IMG/VR virus record: IMGVR_UViG_3300024187_000018
Location: 1 to 33,108 of that record
Reading direction: 5' to 3' (one strand)
DNA from: a virus
Lineage: Duplodnaviria; Caudoviricetes
DNA length: 33,108 bases
How positions within the stretch are numbered: the stretch's first letter is position 1; every line of letters begins with the position of its first letter. The position numbers were made by a program, and so were the translations under genes. The notes below the pieces were generated by a model. It did no database searches. It saw nothing but the letters and a program-made list of their open reading frames with translations, and was not told the DNA's origin. This document shows positions 1 to 8,323 of this stretch, in pieces.

Positions 1-400
1 CACCGCCCGACTGCCCGACGAGCGTTACGGGGCCGTAGCGGTCGAGAATGAAGGCGATGACCGTCGCCGGCCTGCACGCCTGCTCAACTAGGTGGTCGAA
101 GCCGCTCCACCAGTCAGAGGTCCAGTGGACTTGGATCACGTTGTAGCCGTCGTCCACGAGCGACTGGAGCCACACCATCTCGGCGGCGTTCTTGGCGTAG
201 TTCTCGGTGCCGTAACCGCCCGAGAAGAACGCTGCCGTTCCCTTTGGCTTCTCGGCGTCCAGGTGACTCAAGATCGCGGTGTCGCCCCGGAGGTTCGGGC
301 ATTTGACCGCTACCTGCTCCATGTAGCTGTAGGTACCGACCGTGAGAGCCATCGCGGGCGTCGAGAAAAGCACGGTCAGGACTCCAACGGCTCGCATCAT
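1..400 (-). CDS. Secreted alpha/beta-hydrolase (esterase/lipase-like), truncated at window edge
   Basis: Not in the ORF track. ATG at 400 overlaps the TGA of the upstream gene (ATGA). Hand translation: MMRAVGVLTVLFSTPAMA-LTVGTY...AAFFSGGYG...GYNVIQVHW...VTLVGQSGG, i.e. a signal peptide with an AxA site and a G-x-S-x-G nucleophile elbow. The frame is open to the edge. Confidence 0.75.
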   Translation of the reverse strand, partial: MMRAVGVLTVLFSTPAMALTVGTYSYMEQVAVKCPNLRGDTAILSHLDAEKPKGTAAFFSGGYGTENYAKNAAEMVWLQSLVDDGYNVIQVHWTSDWWSGFDHLVEQACRPATVIAFILDRYGPVTLVGQSGG

Positions 401-1662
401 GGCCTGAATTGGAGGCTACAACCCATCGTCGTTGACGTGGGACTGCTTGCGGCAACCGCGTTGTAGATGAAGCGGTCGCCCCGCGTGACCGTGATCGTGT
501 GAGTCAGATCCTCGCAGTATTTCTTGCCGTTGATCGTGCTGCTCGCGTTCGTGATCTGGCACGTCAGCGTGGAGTTGGAGCCGTTCTGTTCGAGCGTGAA
601 GGTCCATGAAGCGCCTGCGCCTGGGCCACCTGACACTTCACAGATCATGTTCGAGTACGTGCCGTCGTAGCTCCATACCTGGCTGATTCCGGTGGTCGTT
701 CCGGTCGTCGAGCCGGTGAGCGGCAGGATCGTCGTCGCTCCGGTCGCTGTCGCTTGAGTGCCTGAGAGCGGAACGACGACCGCCGGGATAGGCGTCGCTG
801 TCGGAGTCGGAGTCGGCGGCGTGCCGGTCGGAGTCGGAGTGAGCGTCGGCGTGGGCGTCGGGGTGCTTGAGAGGAATCCCATCGACGCATCGCACGGCCC
901 CCAGACGCTGCCGTTCGTGGAACAGCGGAATTGCTGGAGCCCCGAGTCGTAGTACATGGCCCCGTGGTTGGCGGCGGAAGGTGTAGGCGTGGAAGCGGGC
1001 GGGAACCACTCCGTAGCGCCCGTGCTCGTGATGTCGAAGCGCTCGTTTGCGGCTGCCGTTCCTCCTGACCCGAAGCGGACTCCTCCTCTGGCATCGATGA
1101 TGATATCCGGCGTATTCGTGCCGCCGCCGTAGGAAATGATGGCCGCCGAGCCGGCGATCGAATCGAGAGCCGTCGAGCCCGGATAGGAAGTTCCGATGGC
1201 GTAGGTGCCGAGCGTTACGCGCGTGCTCGATCCCGTGCCGGTTATGAGCGTGCTCGTCGTATAGCCCGCCGGATCGGTCGTCAGCGGATAGACTCCGGGC
1301 AGGTTGTCCGCCGCCGTGACGACCACCTGATCGGTTGACGAGCCGACCAGCAGATAGGGCGTCGTCTTCACGTACTTGAGAAGCAGATCCCCGCAGTTGA
1401 TGACCCCGGAATCGTCGAAGCAAACGCTCTGGTCTGCGCCGCTCGTGATTGCCGTCCCGCCCGACCCGGAGATGATCGACGAGGCCGCACCGCTGCCGCA
1501 ATTCTGGATCGACCCGCCCCCGGAGCACTCGTAGGTGCCGGTGAGAGAATTCCCGTTGGCGACGGTGAAGTTCTGATCGTTCGTCAGAACCGTGTGGGTC
1601 TGCGCAAACGCTATGGCGCTTGCGACGAGAAACCCAGCGGCGATGTAGAGGCTACGGCGCAT
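397..1662 (-). CDS. Signal-peptide-bearing Gly/Ser/Thr-rich protein with Pro-Thr linker (virion-associated or exported)
   Basis: 421 aa. N-terminus MRRSLYIAAGFLVASAIAFA-Q resembles a Sec signal. Contains a TPTPTPTLTPTPTGTPPTPTPTATP linker and a beta-rich C-terminal domain with Cys residues. Coupled to both neighbours. Confidence 0.7.
   Translation of the reverse strand: MRRSLYIAAGFLVASAIAFAQTHTVLTNDQNFTVANGNSLTGTYECSGGGSIQNCGSGAASSIISGSGGTAITSGADQSVCFDDSGVINCGDLLLKYVKTTPYLLVGSSTDQVVVTAADNLPGVYPLTTDPAGYTTSTLITGTGSSTRVTLGTYAIGTSYPGSTALDSIAGSAAIISYGGGTNTPDIIIDARGGVRFGSGGTAAANERFDITSTGATEWFPPASTPTPSAANHGAMYYDSGLQQFRCSTNGSVWGPCDASMGFLSSTPTPTPTLTPTPTGTPPTPTPTATPIPAVVVPLSGTQATATGATTILPLTGSTTGTTTGISQVWSYDGTYSNMICEVSGGPGAGASWTFTLEQNGSNSTLTCQITNASSTINGKKYCEDLTHTITVTRGDRFIYNAVAASSPTSTTMGCSLQFRP
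791..865 (-). repeat. Degenerate 6-bp coding repeat encoding the Pro-Thr linker
   Basis: Repeated gtcgga/gtcggc/gtgggc units on the plus strand. Confidence 0.85.
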
Positions 1663-2108
1663 CAGTAGCCGTTTCGGGACTGGTATTCCTTGCCACTGCG
1701 CTTCGGCGGGCGGTGGCTCTTAAGCGACCGGATGCCCTCGAGCATATACACGTCAGGCGATCCCGAGCCGGTGACAGCGCTCGTGTTGGCGCGAATCCGG
1801 TAGAGCGGGTTTTTCCACTCGACCGGGCCGCCGCCGCTCGTGAGCGTGATGATCGTCTCCCAGCGAGCGTTCGCATCGCTCACGCCAGAATTCGACACGC
1901 CCCCGCCGTTATTCGGAGGCGGCATCGTGTCCATCGTCTGCTGGATGGTGATCGAGCCGCCCCAGCTCGTCCCATTCGAGTCCGTTGCCGGAGCGTCGAA
2001 GAGGTAGGGCGGGTCTGCCAGCCGAATCTCTATCGAGCGGTTCTTTCCGTCCGACGCCGGCCCGCTCGTTGCGTTACCGCTTTTCACCAGGGGAACCCTC
2101 GCTGCCAT
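1662..2108 (-). CDS. Hypothetical late/virion protein
   Basis: 148 aa, strong GGAGG Shine-Dalgarno (SD) upstream, in the late gene run. Beta-rich with a 'YRIRAN' segment and a basic C-terminal tail. Confidence 0.65.
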   Translation of the reverse strand: MAARVPLVKSGNATSGPASDGKNRSIEIRLADPPYLFDAPATDSNGTSWGGSITIQQTMDTMPPPNNGGGVSNSGVSDANARWETIITLTSGGGPVEWKNPLYRIRANTSAVTGSGSPDVYMLEGIRSLKSHRPPKRSGKEYQSRNGY

Positions 2109-2117
2109 GAAATCCTC

Positions 2118-2654
2118 CTAGGGGAGTAGAGCCTGCTGCACGTAGGGGGTGTATTCGAGAAAACCCGCACTATCGATGGAGAGATCCCCCGATCCCCCCC
2201 ACGTAACCGTGGTCGGGACGGGGAGCGGGAAGCGGCCCCAGGCTAGAAAGCCGCCCTTGAAGAACATGAACCAGCCGTTATTCAGATCCAGCGCTTCGGC
2301 GGGCGTAAATTCCGAAGTTGACGGGCTTTTCCAGGTGATGAAGTTGCCGAAGAAGAGATCGTAGGTCGTCGAGAGGCTGTCGAGATCGTGGAGCGTGTAG
2401 ACGGTGTAGTTGTCTTCCGGACCGATCCCGGCGTTAATCTGGACGACGGGAGCCGGGGTCTTCCGCGTCCCTTCGAACGGGAAGATCGGCTGCATGATCT
2501 GATCGCGCTGGATTAAGCCGTCCCAGCACCGGAAACATTGCCAGCCGTAACGCGGGTTCAGCCAGATCAGGCGAGCGGGATAGTCCTGACCGCAGGTCTG
2601 GCAATTTGCGTAGCCTTCCGGGGCATTGGGATCGTTGACGGCGTAACGCGGCAT
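2118..2654 (-). CDS. Phage late protein with N-terminal Zn-ribbon
   Basis: CQTCG...CFRCWD (two CxxC), AGGAG SD. Confidence 0.7.
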   Translation of the reverse strand: MPRYAVNDPNAPEGYANCQTCGQDYPARLIWLNPRYGWQCFRCWDGLIQRDQIMQPIFPFEGTRKTPAPVVQINAGIGPEDNYTVYTLHDLDSLSTTYDLFFGNFITWKSPSTSEFTPAEALDLNNGWFMFFKGGFLAWGRFPLPVPTTVTWGGSGDLSIDSAGFLEYTPYVQQALLP

Positions 2655-2777
2655 CTATCTCCTGCGTTTCAAGACCTTCTTCTTCTTTTTCGCGGCCTTT
2701 TTCTTGCTCTTTTTCCGCCGCTTGGCCTTCATCTCGGAGAGAAGGGTCTTCACGTCCCGGTCGGTCTGACCGATCAT
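2655..2777 (-). CDS. 40-aa highly basic protein
   Basis: Below the ORF-track cutoff. MIGQTDRDVKTLLSEMKAKRRKKSKKKAAKKKKKVLKRRR. ATG overlaps the GT9 stop (ATGA) and its TAG directly abuts the next ATG, filling the gap exactly. Confidence 0.75.
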   Translation of the reverse strand: MIGQTDRDVKTLLSEMKAKRRKKSKKKAAKKKKKVLKRRR

Positions 2778-3817
2778 TTAGCTGCCTCCGCGCTTCCGTT
2801 ATAGCCATCTGCCAATAGCCTAGAAAGGCTTGGCGAAATCGACGGATCGGATTCCCGAAGAACCCGACTCGCTTCCTTCTCGCAGCGCCTGAGGAACGCC
2901 TTCGCCACCGGCCACACGTCGTCCACCGGCTGCCAGGTAAGAGCCTCGTAGCGCCCGGATTCGAGCATGTGCGGCGGAACCCAAGAGCGGGAGAGCTCCT
3001 TCTGGTCGCACCGGGCGTTGCACGGCCAGAGCGCCATCGCCGGCCTGTCGAGAACCGTCCGGATGACGTTCATGCCGGAGGAGAAGCCGATGTAGGCCTC
3101 GAGGACGCGCATCTGCTCGATCATCTGGGGAACGCTCGTCTTTCCGACCGTCGAGGGGAGATCGAGCTCGCAGGCTACCGTGTATGTGAGGTCGTCCCAC
3201 TCCCCGCCGACGAGAAGAGGCCGCCAGCCGATTGCCATGACGCGGCGCAAGAAATCCACCCACTGGACTCTTCCCCAGGTGTCCCAGGCAGCTGCACCCT
3301 TGTAGGAAGCACAGGAGATCCCGACTACCGGCCCTTCGGTCATCGGATGCGGCGGCGCGTAGCGGTCGCCGAGGATTGCCCGGACGGTTTTTTCTCGCCC
3401 GAGCCGGGAGTCCTCCTCTGAAACCAGAAGCGGGTAGTGGTAGTAGGTCTGGAGGTCGGGCAGCCACTCGGCGAGCGGCAAACCAGCCTCGAGATGCTGG
3501 TTCGCTTCGATGAGCACCGTCTCGACCTTCAAATCGCGGATCTTCTGCCAGGTGGGCTTTTGGCGAAAGGAGATTCCCTGCGCGTTCTCCGCGGCGAGGA
3601 TCATCTGGTACTGGCCGTTGGTGATCGAGAATTCCGACTCGTCTTCGGTGTTCTCGTCGTAGCCCGCATCTTCGATGCCACAGGCCTTGATGTAGGGAAC
3701 CGTCCGCCTAGGCGCACCATCGACTACGCGCACCGACGTGATCTCGTCGCGGACGCCGTAGAGCTTACTCCAGATCCACGACCAGTCGCCGATACCGGCG
3801 GGAACGATGATTCTCAT
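2774..3817 (-). CDS. Glycosyltransferase, GT9/heptosyltransferase-like (GT-B fold)
   Basis: Start moved to MRIIVPAGIGDW (ATGA overlap at 3814-3817). N-terminal GIGD motif, then 'TWGRVQW...LLVGG...VGKTSV...YIGFSSGMNVI...PAMALW', matching the GT9 C-terminal pattern. Confidence 0.8.
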   Translation of the reverse strand: MRIIVPAGIGDWSWIWSKLYGVRDEITSVRVVDGAPRRTVPYIKACGIEDAGYDENTEDESEFSITNGQYQMILAAENAQGISFRQKPTWQKIRDLKVETVLIEANQHLEAGLPLAEWLPDLQTYYHYPLLVSEEDSRLGREKTVRAILGDRYAPPHPMTEGPVVGISCASYKGAAAWDTWGRVQWVDFLRRVMAIGWRPLLVGGEWDDLTYTVACELDLPSTVGKTSVPQMIEQMRVLEAYIGFSSGMNVIRTVLDRPAMALWPCNARCDQKELSRSWVPPHMLESGRYEALTWQPVDDVWPVAKAFLRRCEKEASRVLRESDPSISPSLSRLLADGYNGSAEAAK

Positions 3818-4779
3818 AGGGATTCGGTGCCTCCGAGAGCCAGAAAGATAGGGCCTAGCTTGGAGCGCCACGCCTCCATCGCGAGGCGCTGCGCGTGGCC
3901 GGATTCTTCGTCGGTCATGCCGGTAGCGGCCTTGTGCGAGCCCATCCACTCCTGAGTCTCCCCGAAGTGGTTACTCTGAGCTCCAAAATGAACGTAGCCA
4001 CGACCCGGCATGGCGGCGTTCACCCAGCGGTTCGAGAGCCAGAGCCGGTGGTTCAGCGTGTTGTCGTGCGACCAGGCTTCGCGGGCAAATCCGCCTACGT
4101 CGTCGTAGGCTTTACGGACGATCACCATGCAAGCCCCGAACGGGTTCAGATACATCGACGGAGCCATGAGGAACTTCGGGTGCGGCGGTATCGCCTCGAA
4201 CCTGTCCGGATGATCCAAGCATTCTTGCCAAGATGAGAAGCCCCACTTCTTGTGGTCGTGGTAGGACTCGAAGCCGGGCATCGCGAGGCAGCCGAGCGGA
4301 ACGCCGTGCGATTCGAGGAGCCACGTCCAGCGAAGCGCCTCGAGGGTGGCTTCGGGAAAGAGCCACACGTCATCGTTCAGGAATAGCGTGTATTTCCACG
4401 AGGTGACGGCCATGCACTGGATTGCGTGGCCCGCTCGTCCGTCCCACGGGGTGTGGTGAACGAAGTCGGCCCCGTGATGCATGGCGACGGCACGATCAGC
4501 GTCGGCTTCTGAGGTTTCGATGGAATCACTAGACACGAGCACAGGTAGGTTCTCAGGCAGGGACGAAAGCAGTATGGACAGGCGACCATTGCTGAACCCT
4601 TTGTGAGTCATCAGTACAGCGCCGTAGGAGAGGCCCTGTAACGCTCGAGGTAGTTCCTGCGCGGGCCTTCGCTTCGGCAGATCGAGCCGAATTGCCGGGC
4701 CTTGCAGGTTCCACACCGGCTGGCGCTTCCGGACGTGCTCAGGGGCTTCGGGATCAAGCCAGGGGTATTGGTAGCTCAT
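3814..4779 (-). CDS. Glycosyltransferase, GT2-like (GT-A fold)
   Basis: Start moved to MSYQYPW (ATGA overlap at 4776-4779). 'YTLFLNDDVW' DxD-type motif and 'GACMVIVRKAYDDVGGF...HD' GT2 pattern. Confidence 0.8.
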   Translation of the reverse strand: MSYQYPWLDPEAPEHVRKRQPVWNLQGPAIRLDLPKRRPAQELPRALQGLSYGAVLMTHKGFSNGRLSILLSSLPENLPVLVSSDSIETSEADADRAVAMHHGADFVHHTPWDGRAGHAIQCMAVTSWKYTLFLNDDVWLFPEATLEALRWTWLLESHGVPLGCLAMPGFESYHDHKKWGFSSWQECLDHPDRFEAIPPHPKFLMAPSMYLNPFGACMVIVRKAYDDVGGFAREAWSHDNTLNHRLWLSNRWVNAAMPGRGYVHFGAQSNHFGETQEWMGSHKAATGMTDEESGHAQRLAMEAWRSKLGPIFLALGGTESL

Positions 4780-5381
4780 CGGCGGAATCCAAATAGCGCT
4801 ACGCCGAACGACCACCCGAAGTGATCCTGCGGGCAGGTGAGCCCGTCGCCATAAGACGGGCATTCTCGAAGGAGCTTCCACCCGCTGTTCATGGCTTCGA
4901 AGGCTCCCTTTCTCACCGTCTCGCGGTCCCAATCGTCGAGGACGAGCACCGCTTCGGTCGCCATCAGCGGGCGCACGTCGTGCATGAAGTCGCGGGTCTG
5001 CGCGCTCGAATGGTCGCCGTCGTAGAAGCAGACGCCAATCGGCTTCTCTAGCTTCCTGACCGTCACGAACTGCTGCCAGGACATCGCGAGGAAACGAACG
5101 TTGTCGGGAAAGGGCTTCGGCATCGTCTCGTACTTCTCGCACGGGTCGATCCCGATGAGCGTCTTGTCGCTGTTGCCGGCTGCGGCGGCGTCGAGAGTGC
5201 GGCCTTCCAAGGTCCCTACTTCGACGTAGCACTCGGTTACCGGCATGGCTTTCACGAGTCCGTTCAGAAGCCACTCCACACGGCTAGTCGAGAATCCGCG
5301 CCGGGTCGTGAGTGCTGGCAGGTACAGGCGAGTGTCTTTGCGCAGACTCTCGACGACGTTGTTCGCTGAGGTAAATTTCAT
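4776..5381 (-). CDS. Class I SAM-dependent methyltransferase (Methyltransf_24-like)
   Basis: 'YVEVGTLEGRT', 'IGIDP', 'FYDGDHS' and 'LVLDDW' motifs. Confidence 0.85.
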   Translation of the reverse strand: MKFTSANNVVESLRKDTRLYLPALTTRRGFSTSRVEWLLNGLVKAMPVTECYVEVGTLEGRTLDAAAAGNSDKTLIGIDPCEKYETMPKPFPDNVRFLAMSWQQFVTVRKLEKPIGVCFYDGDHSSAQTRDFMHDVRPLMATEAVLVLDDWDRETVRKGAFEAMNSGWKLLRECPSYGDGLTCPQDHFGWSFGVALFGFRR

Positions 5382-6372
5382 CGATCGTTTGCCACACTCC
5401 CTTCCGCTTCCAACCGGGATAGTCCTGCTGGAACCGCGAGCAGTCGGTCACCCACCACTTGTGATCCCCGACGCGCTCCGGCCCGTGGTAGACTTCGAAG
5501 TCGCAGCCCTTTGATCGCAAGTAGTCGATCGCCTCCAAAACACTGACTGAATTCTCCGGGCCGCCGCCGAGATTGTAGACGCCCTGCTTCGGATTCTCCG
5601 CGTAGGCGAGAATTGCATTCGCCACGTCCTCGGCGTCGATGTTGTCGCGTACCTGCCAGCCGCCGTGGCCGTAGATCGTGTACGGCTTGCCCTCGACGGC
5701 GCACTTCACCAAGTAACCCAGGAAACCTTGCATCTCGACGGCGGTACCGGCTTTGCCGGTGAGGCAGCCGCAGCGGAACGTCACGGTCTTTAGCCCGAAG
5801 CAATTCCGGTACTCCTGGACCATGAGATCGGCTGCGCTTTTGCTGACTCCGAAGGGCGTATGGAGGCTCTGATCGATCGACCAGCGCTCCGGGACTCCGG
5901 CGTGCGGGAAGTGATCGGGGCTTGCGCCTACGTAGCGCTGGCCTTCGATTTTCATGTCGAGGCGGTTGATCGAATCGCCGTAGAGCTTGTTCGTCGAGAG
6001 GAAGGCAAAGACCGCCTTCGGAGCAAGCTTGCGGTAGCTTTCGAGCAAGCGGACGGTTCCCATGTAGTTGACTTCTGAGTCCTCGACGACATGGGAGCGG
6101 GAGAAGTCGTGAGACGGCTGGCTCGCACAGTGAACGATCAAGTCCTTGTCGCGAACCGACTGAAGCGCCCGGTCGGAGCGAAAGTCGTCGTGCATGGTTG
6201 TCACGCCCATGCTTCGCAGTTCATCCAGACGCCATGCCGTGGAGCCCGCGGGGCCGAACCATTTTCCTCTGGCGTCGGAATCGACACCCGCGACCTTGTG
6301 GCCCTGCTTCAGCGCTACTTCGGCGACCGTGCTGCCGATCAAGCCTGCCACGCCTGTAATCCAGATTCTCAT
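5284..6372 (-). CDS. NAD-dependent nucleotide-sugar epimerase/dehydratase (CDP-paratose 2-epimerase/RfbE-like extended SDR)
   Basis: MRIWITGVAGLIG Rossmann motif, 'HCASQPSHD', 'STNKLYG', 'PFGVSKSAADLMVQEY', 'GWQVRDNI', 'YNLGGG'. Start at 6372 is coupled to the upstream stop. Confidence 0.9.
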   Translation of the reverse strand: MRIWITGVAGLIGSTVAEVALKQGHKVAGVDSDARGKWFGPAGSTAWRLDELRSMGVTTMHDDFRSDRALQSVRDKDLIVHCASQPSHDFSRSHVVEDSEVNYMGTVRLLESYRKLAPKAVFAFLSTNKLYGDSINRLDMKIEGQRYVGASPDHFPHAGVPERWSIDQSLHTPFGVSKSAADLMVQEYRNCFGLKTVTFRCGCLTGKAGTAVEMQGFLGYLVKCAVEGKPYTIYGHGGWQVRDNIDAEDVANAILAYAENPKQGVYNLGGGPENSVSVLEAIDYLRSKGCDFEVYHGPERVGDHKWWVTDCSRFQQDYPGWKRKGVWQTIDEIYLSEQRRRESAQRHSPVPASTHDPARILD

Positions 6373-7637
6373 TCCCACTCCAGGCCGCAGGAGCGGCCCT
6401 TTTCGATTTCCTTCTTGATCTCGTCGAAGGCGTCTTCTCGGTAGTCGAGCTCGTAGGCTTTGAGAGCGTCCGCCGCCTCGAGCGCCTGCTCAGCCGCTTC
6501 GTCGATAGAGTCGCCGTAGCCAACGGCTGCGCCGATCTCCGGAATCTGGATCGGCACGGTGTAATCCTTCCCGTCGATCACGCAATGGTTGTGAAGCTGG
6601 ATGCGTTCTCGAACGTTCGCCGGAATCTCCAGCGCCAGGAAGTGGTCTGCGGCGAATTCGCTCTTGAGGATGAGTTCTGCGGCGTACTTCCCGCGAACCT
6701 CCGGCGCTACGATCCTGCCGCGGGCTCCCTCGCTAACGATCTCTCCCTGGTTCTCGCAGAGGAGCGACCAGGCTTCTGACGGCGGACTCCCGCAGCGAAG
6801 GCAGGGATCGATCAAGTAAGCTACCGCGTCCCGGTCGATCCGGCATTCGGTGGAGATCCAGCCCCGGTGGCCTCGATCTTTGAGAACGGAAGAGAGCCGG
6901 TCGGCAACGAGCCTGAGAGGTGCAGGTACTCGATCATATGCATCGACTCTTCCCAGGTATCCAGCGTCCTTGAGCTCGTATCCCCACATGACTCGCTCGG
7001 GCCATTCGCCATCGACGGAGTAGGCATCGATTCCAGCCTCCACGCCCTTGATCGGTTCTTCGACGATGAATTCGGCCTCCGGCCCGGAAGGGCCGAGATG
7101 GCGTACCGTATCGTGGAACCAGGATTCGGTCGTGAACCAGTCGTCGTGGTGGAAGGTTTCCAAGTCGCCGCGGTAGCGCCCGTACTTCACGTACACGTCG
7201 CTCGTCTGCCGAAGATACTTTTCGAGGTCTTCGGTGCCGACGATGCGCGTGGCTTCCGGGACGGCTAGGCCGATGGACTTGAGAACCTTCCGGGTGCCCC
7301 AGCGGTCAAGCTCGAGCTCCGCGGCGTGCTTGGACGTGCCGAAGACGGGGATTCCCAGCGATTTGACGTAGGACGCCAAGCTCGCCGTAACGACATCGGG
7401 GAAGGCGACGAGATCGATATCGCCTTCGCTGAGCGCTCCCCACACGTCCTGGATGCGCTCGATACCGGGGAGGTCGCAGCCGATCCGGGAATGCTTCTCC
7501 TGCGGGAATCCGGATCTTACGGGGTCGGACCAGTACATGGTCCGCTTGAAGTCGCGTGCCAGGCTCTCGGCTACATGAGTAAAGAGCCCGGCGTCGATTA
7601 CGAGTAGAGTTTGGTCTTTGGTCGGCACGGTAGGCAT
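6369..7637 (-). CDS. PurD/GARS-like ATP-grasp amidoligase
   Basis: 'GIPVFG...AAELELDR...KVLKSIGLAVP', 'VYVK', 'FIVEEPIKGVE', 'GWISTEC...YLIDPCLRCGSP' follow the GARS-type ATP-grasp pattern but are too divergent for true purD. Confidence 0.8.
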   Translation of the reverse strand: MPTVPTKDQTLLVIDAGLFTHVAESLARDFKRTMYWSDPVRSGFPQEKHSRIGCDLPGIERIQDVWGALSEGDIDLVAFPDVVTASLASYVKSLGIPVFGTSKHAAELELDRWGTRKVLKSIGLAVPEATRIVGTEDLEKYLRQTSDVYVKYGRYRGDLETFHHDDWFTTESWFHDTVRHLGPSGPEAEFIVEEPIKGVEAGIDAYSVDGEWPERVMWGYELKDAGYLGRVDAYDRVPAPLRLVADRLSSVLKDRGHRGWISTECRIDRDAVAYLIDPCLRCGSPPSEAWSLLCENQGEIVSEGARGRIVAPEVRGKYAAELILKSEFAADHFLALEIPANVRERIQLHNHCVIDGKDYTVPIQIPEIGAAVGYGDSIDEAAEQALEAADALKAYELDYREDAFDEIKKEIEKGRSCGLEWE

Positions 7638-7671
7638 TCCGGTCGCACGCGGAAAGCTACCGCTCGCCTAA

Positions 7672-8136
7672 TTAGACGAGCACGTAGATTTGGTCACCCT
7701 GCGCTGAAGCCGCCGTCATGGCGACTCCGGCTGAAGCGTCTTGCGTCGTCGTGGTGACGACTTGGCCGGCAGTCGTCGAAGTGCCGACGCGCGCACCGCG
7801 GAGGATTGCTGCCGATGCCGTCGCCAGAACGACTCCCTTGATGAGCACGAGGATCTTGGCTCCGGAAGCGATGGCGCTCGAGTAATCCCACTCGTTGACG
7901 ATCGAGGACTGCCCAGCGATCACGTAGCAGGGGCGAGCGGTCGAATTCGCGCTGGTGGTCGTCTTGAAGGAGAGGTCCGCTGAGGAGTCCACGATCACGA
8001 CGTTGCCGGGAGTCATCGCGGAAGAGGCCGTTCCCCAGATGCAGTAGCCGCCTGCTTTCTCGCTCGTGCCAGCCGAGAGGTCGAGCGGTTCGTCCCAGAG
8101 GTTTGAGACGTAGCCGAAGGCTGTTGCGCCAATCAT
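7672..8136 (-). CDS. Capsid decoration/cement-like protein
   Basis: Small Ala/Thr/Gly-rich protein downstream of the capsid gene. C-terminal 'AAILRGARVGTSTTAGQV...AGVAMTAASAQGDQIYVLV' resembles DUF2190/beta-tulip decoration proteins. AAGGAG SD. Confidence 0.7.
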   Translation of the reverse strand: MIGATAFGYVSNLWDEPLDLSAGTSEKAGGYCIWGTASSAMTPGNVVIVDSSADLSFKTTTSANSTARPCYVIAGQSSIVNEWDYSSAIASGAKILVLIKGVVLATASAAILRGARVGTSTTAGQVVTTTTQDASAGVAMTAASAQGDQIYVLV

Positions 8137-8150
8137 TTACGTCTCCTTCG

Positions 8151-8288
8151 TCAGCAGGGACCGAATCCCTTGTTCTTGCTCGAACGGCCCTGCTTCTTCC
8201 CGTCCCAATTCGGCATCTTCCCCATGTCGCGCTTGCCGACCAGAGCCTTCTTCTTGCCGCCCATCTTGCCGCTCATCTTCTTCTTCAT
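8151..8288 (-). CDS. 45-aa Lys/Gly-rich basic protein
   Basis: Not in the ORF track. MKKKMSGKMGGKKKALVGKRDMGKMPNWDGKKQGRSSKNKGFGPC. AGGTG SD; fills the gap between capsid and decoration genes. Confidence 0.75.
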   Translation of the reverse strand: MKKKMSGKMGGKKKALVGKRDMGKMPNWDGKKQGRSSKNKGFGPC

Positions 8289-8323
8289 ATAGGCACCCTA
8301 TTTACGTAACTAGTTGATTTTGC

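Noticed and set aside
6369-7637. purD as an auxiliary metabolic gene
   Set aside because: Lacks the N-terminal PurD signature, and its context is sugar modification and virion genes.
2774-7637. DNA hypermodification cluster
   Set aside because: No hydroxymethylase, TET/JBP, nucleotide kinase or polymerase is recognisable in the window, and the cassette is in the late structural run. Disfavoured but not excluded.
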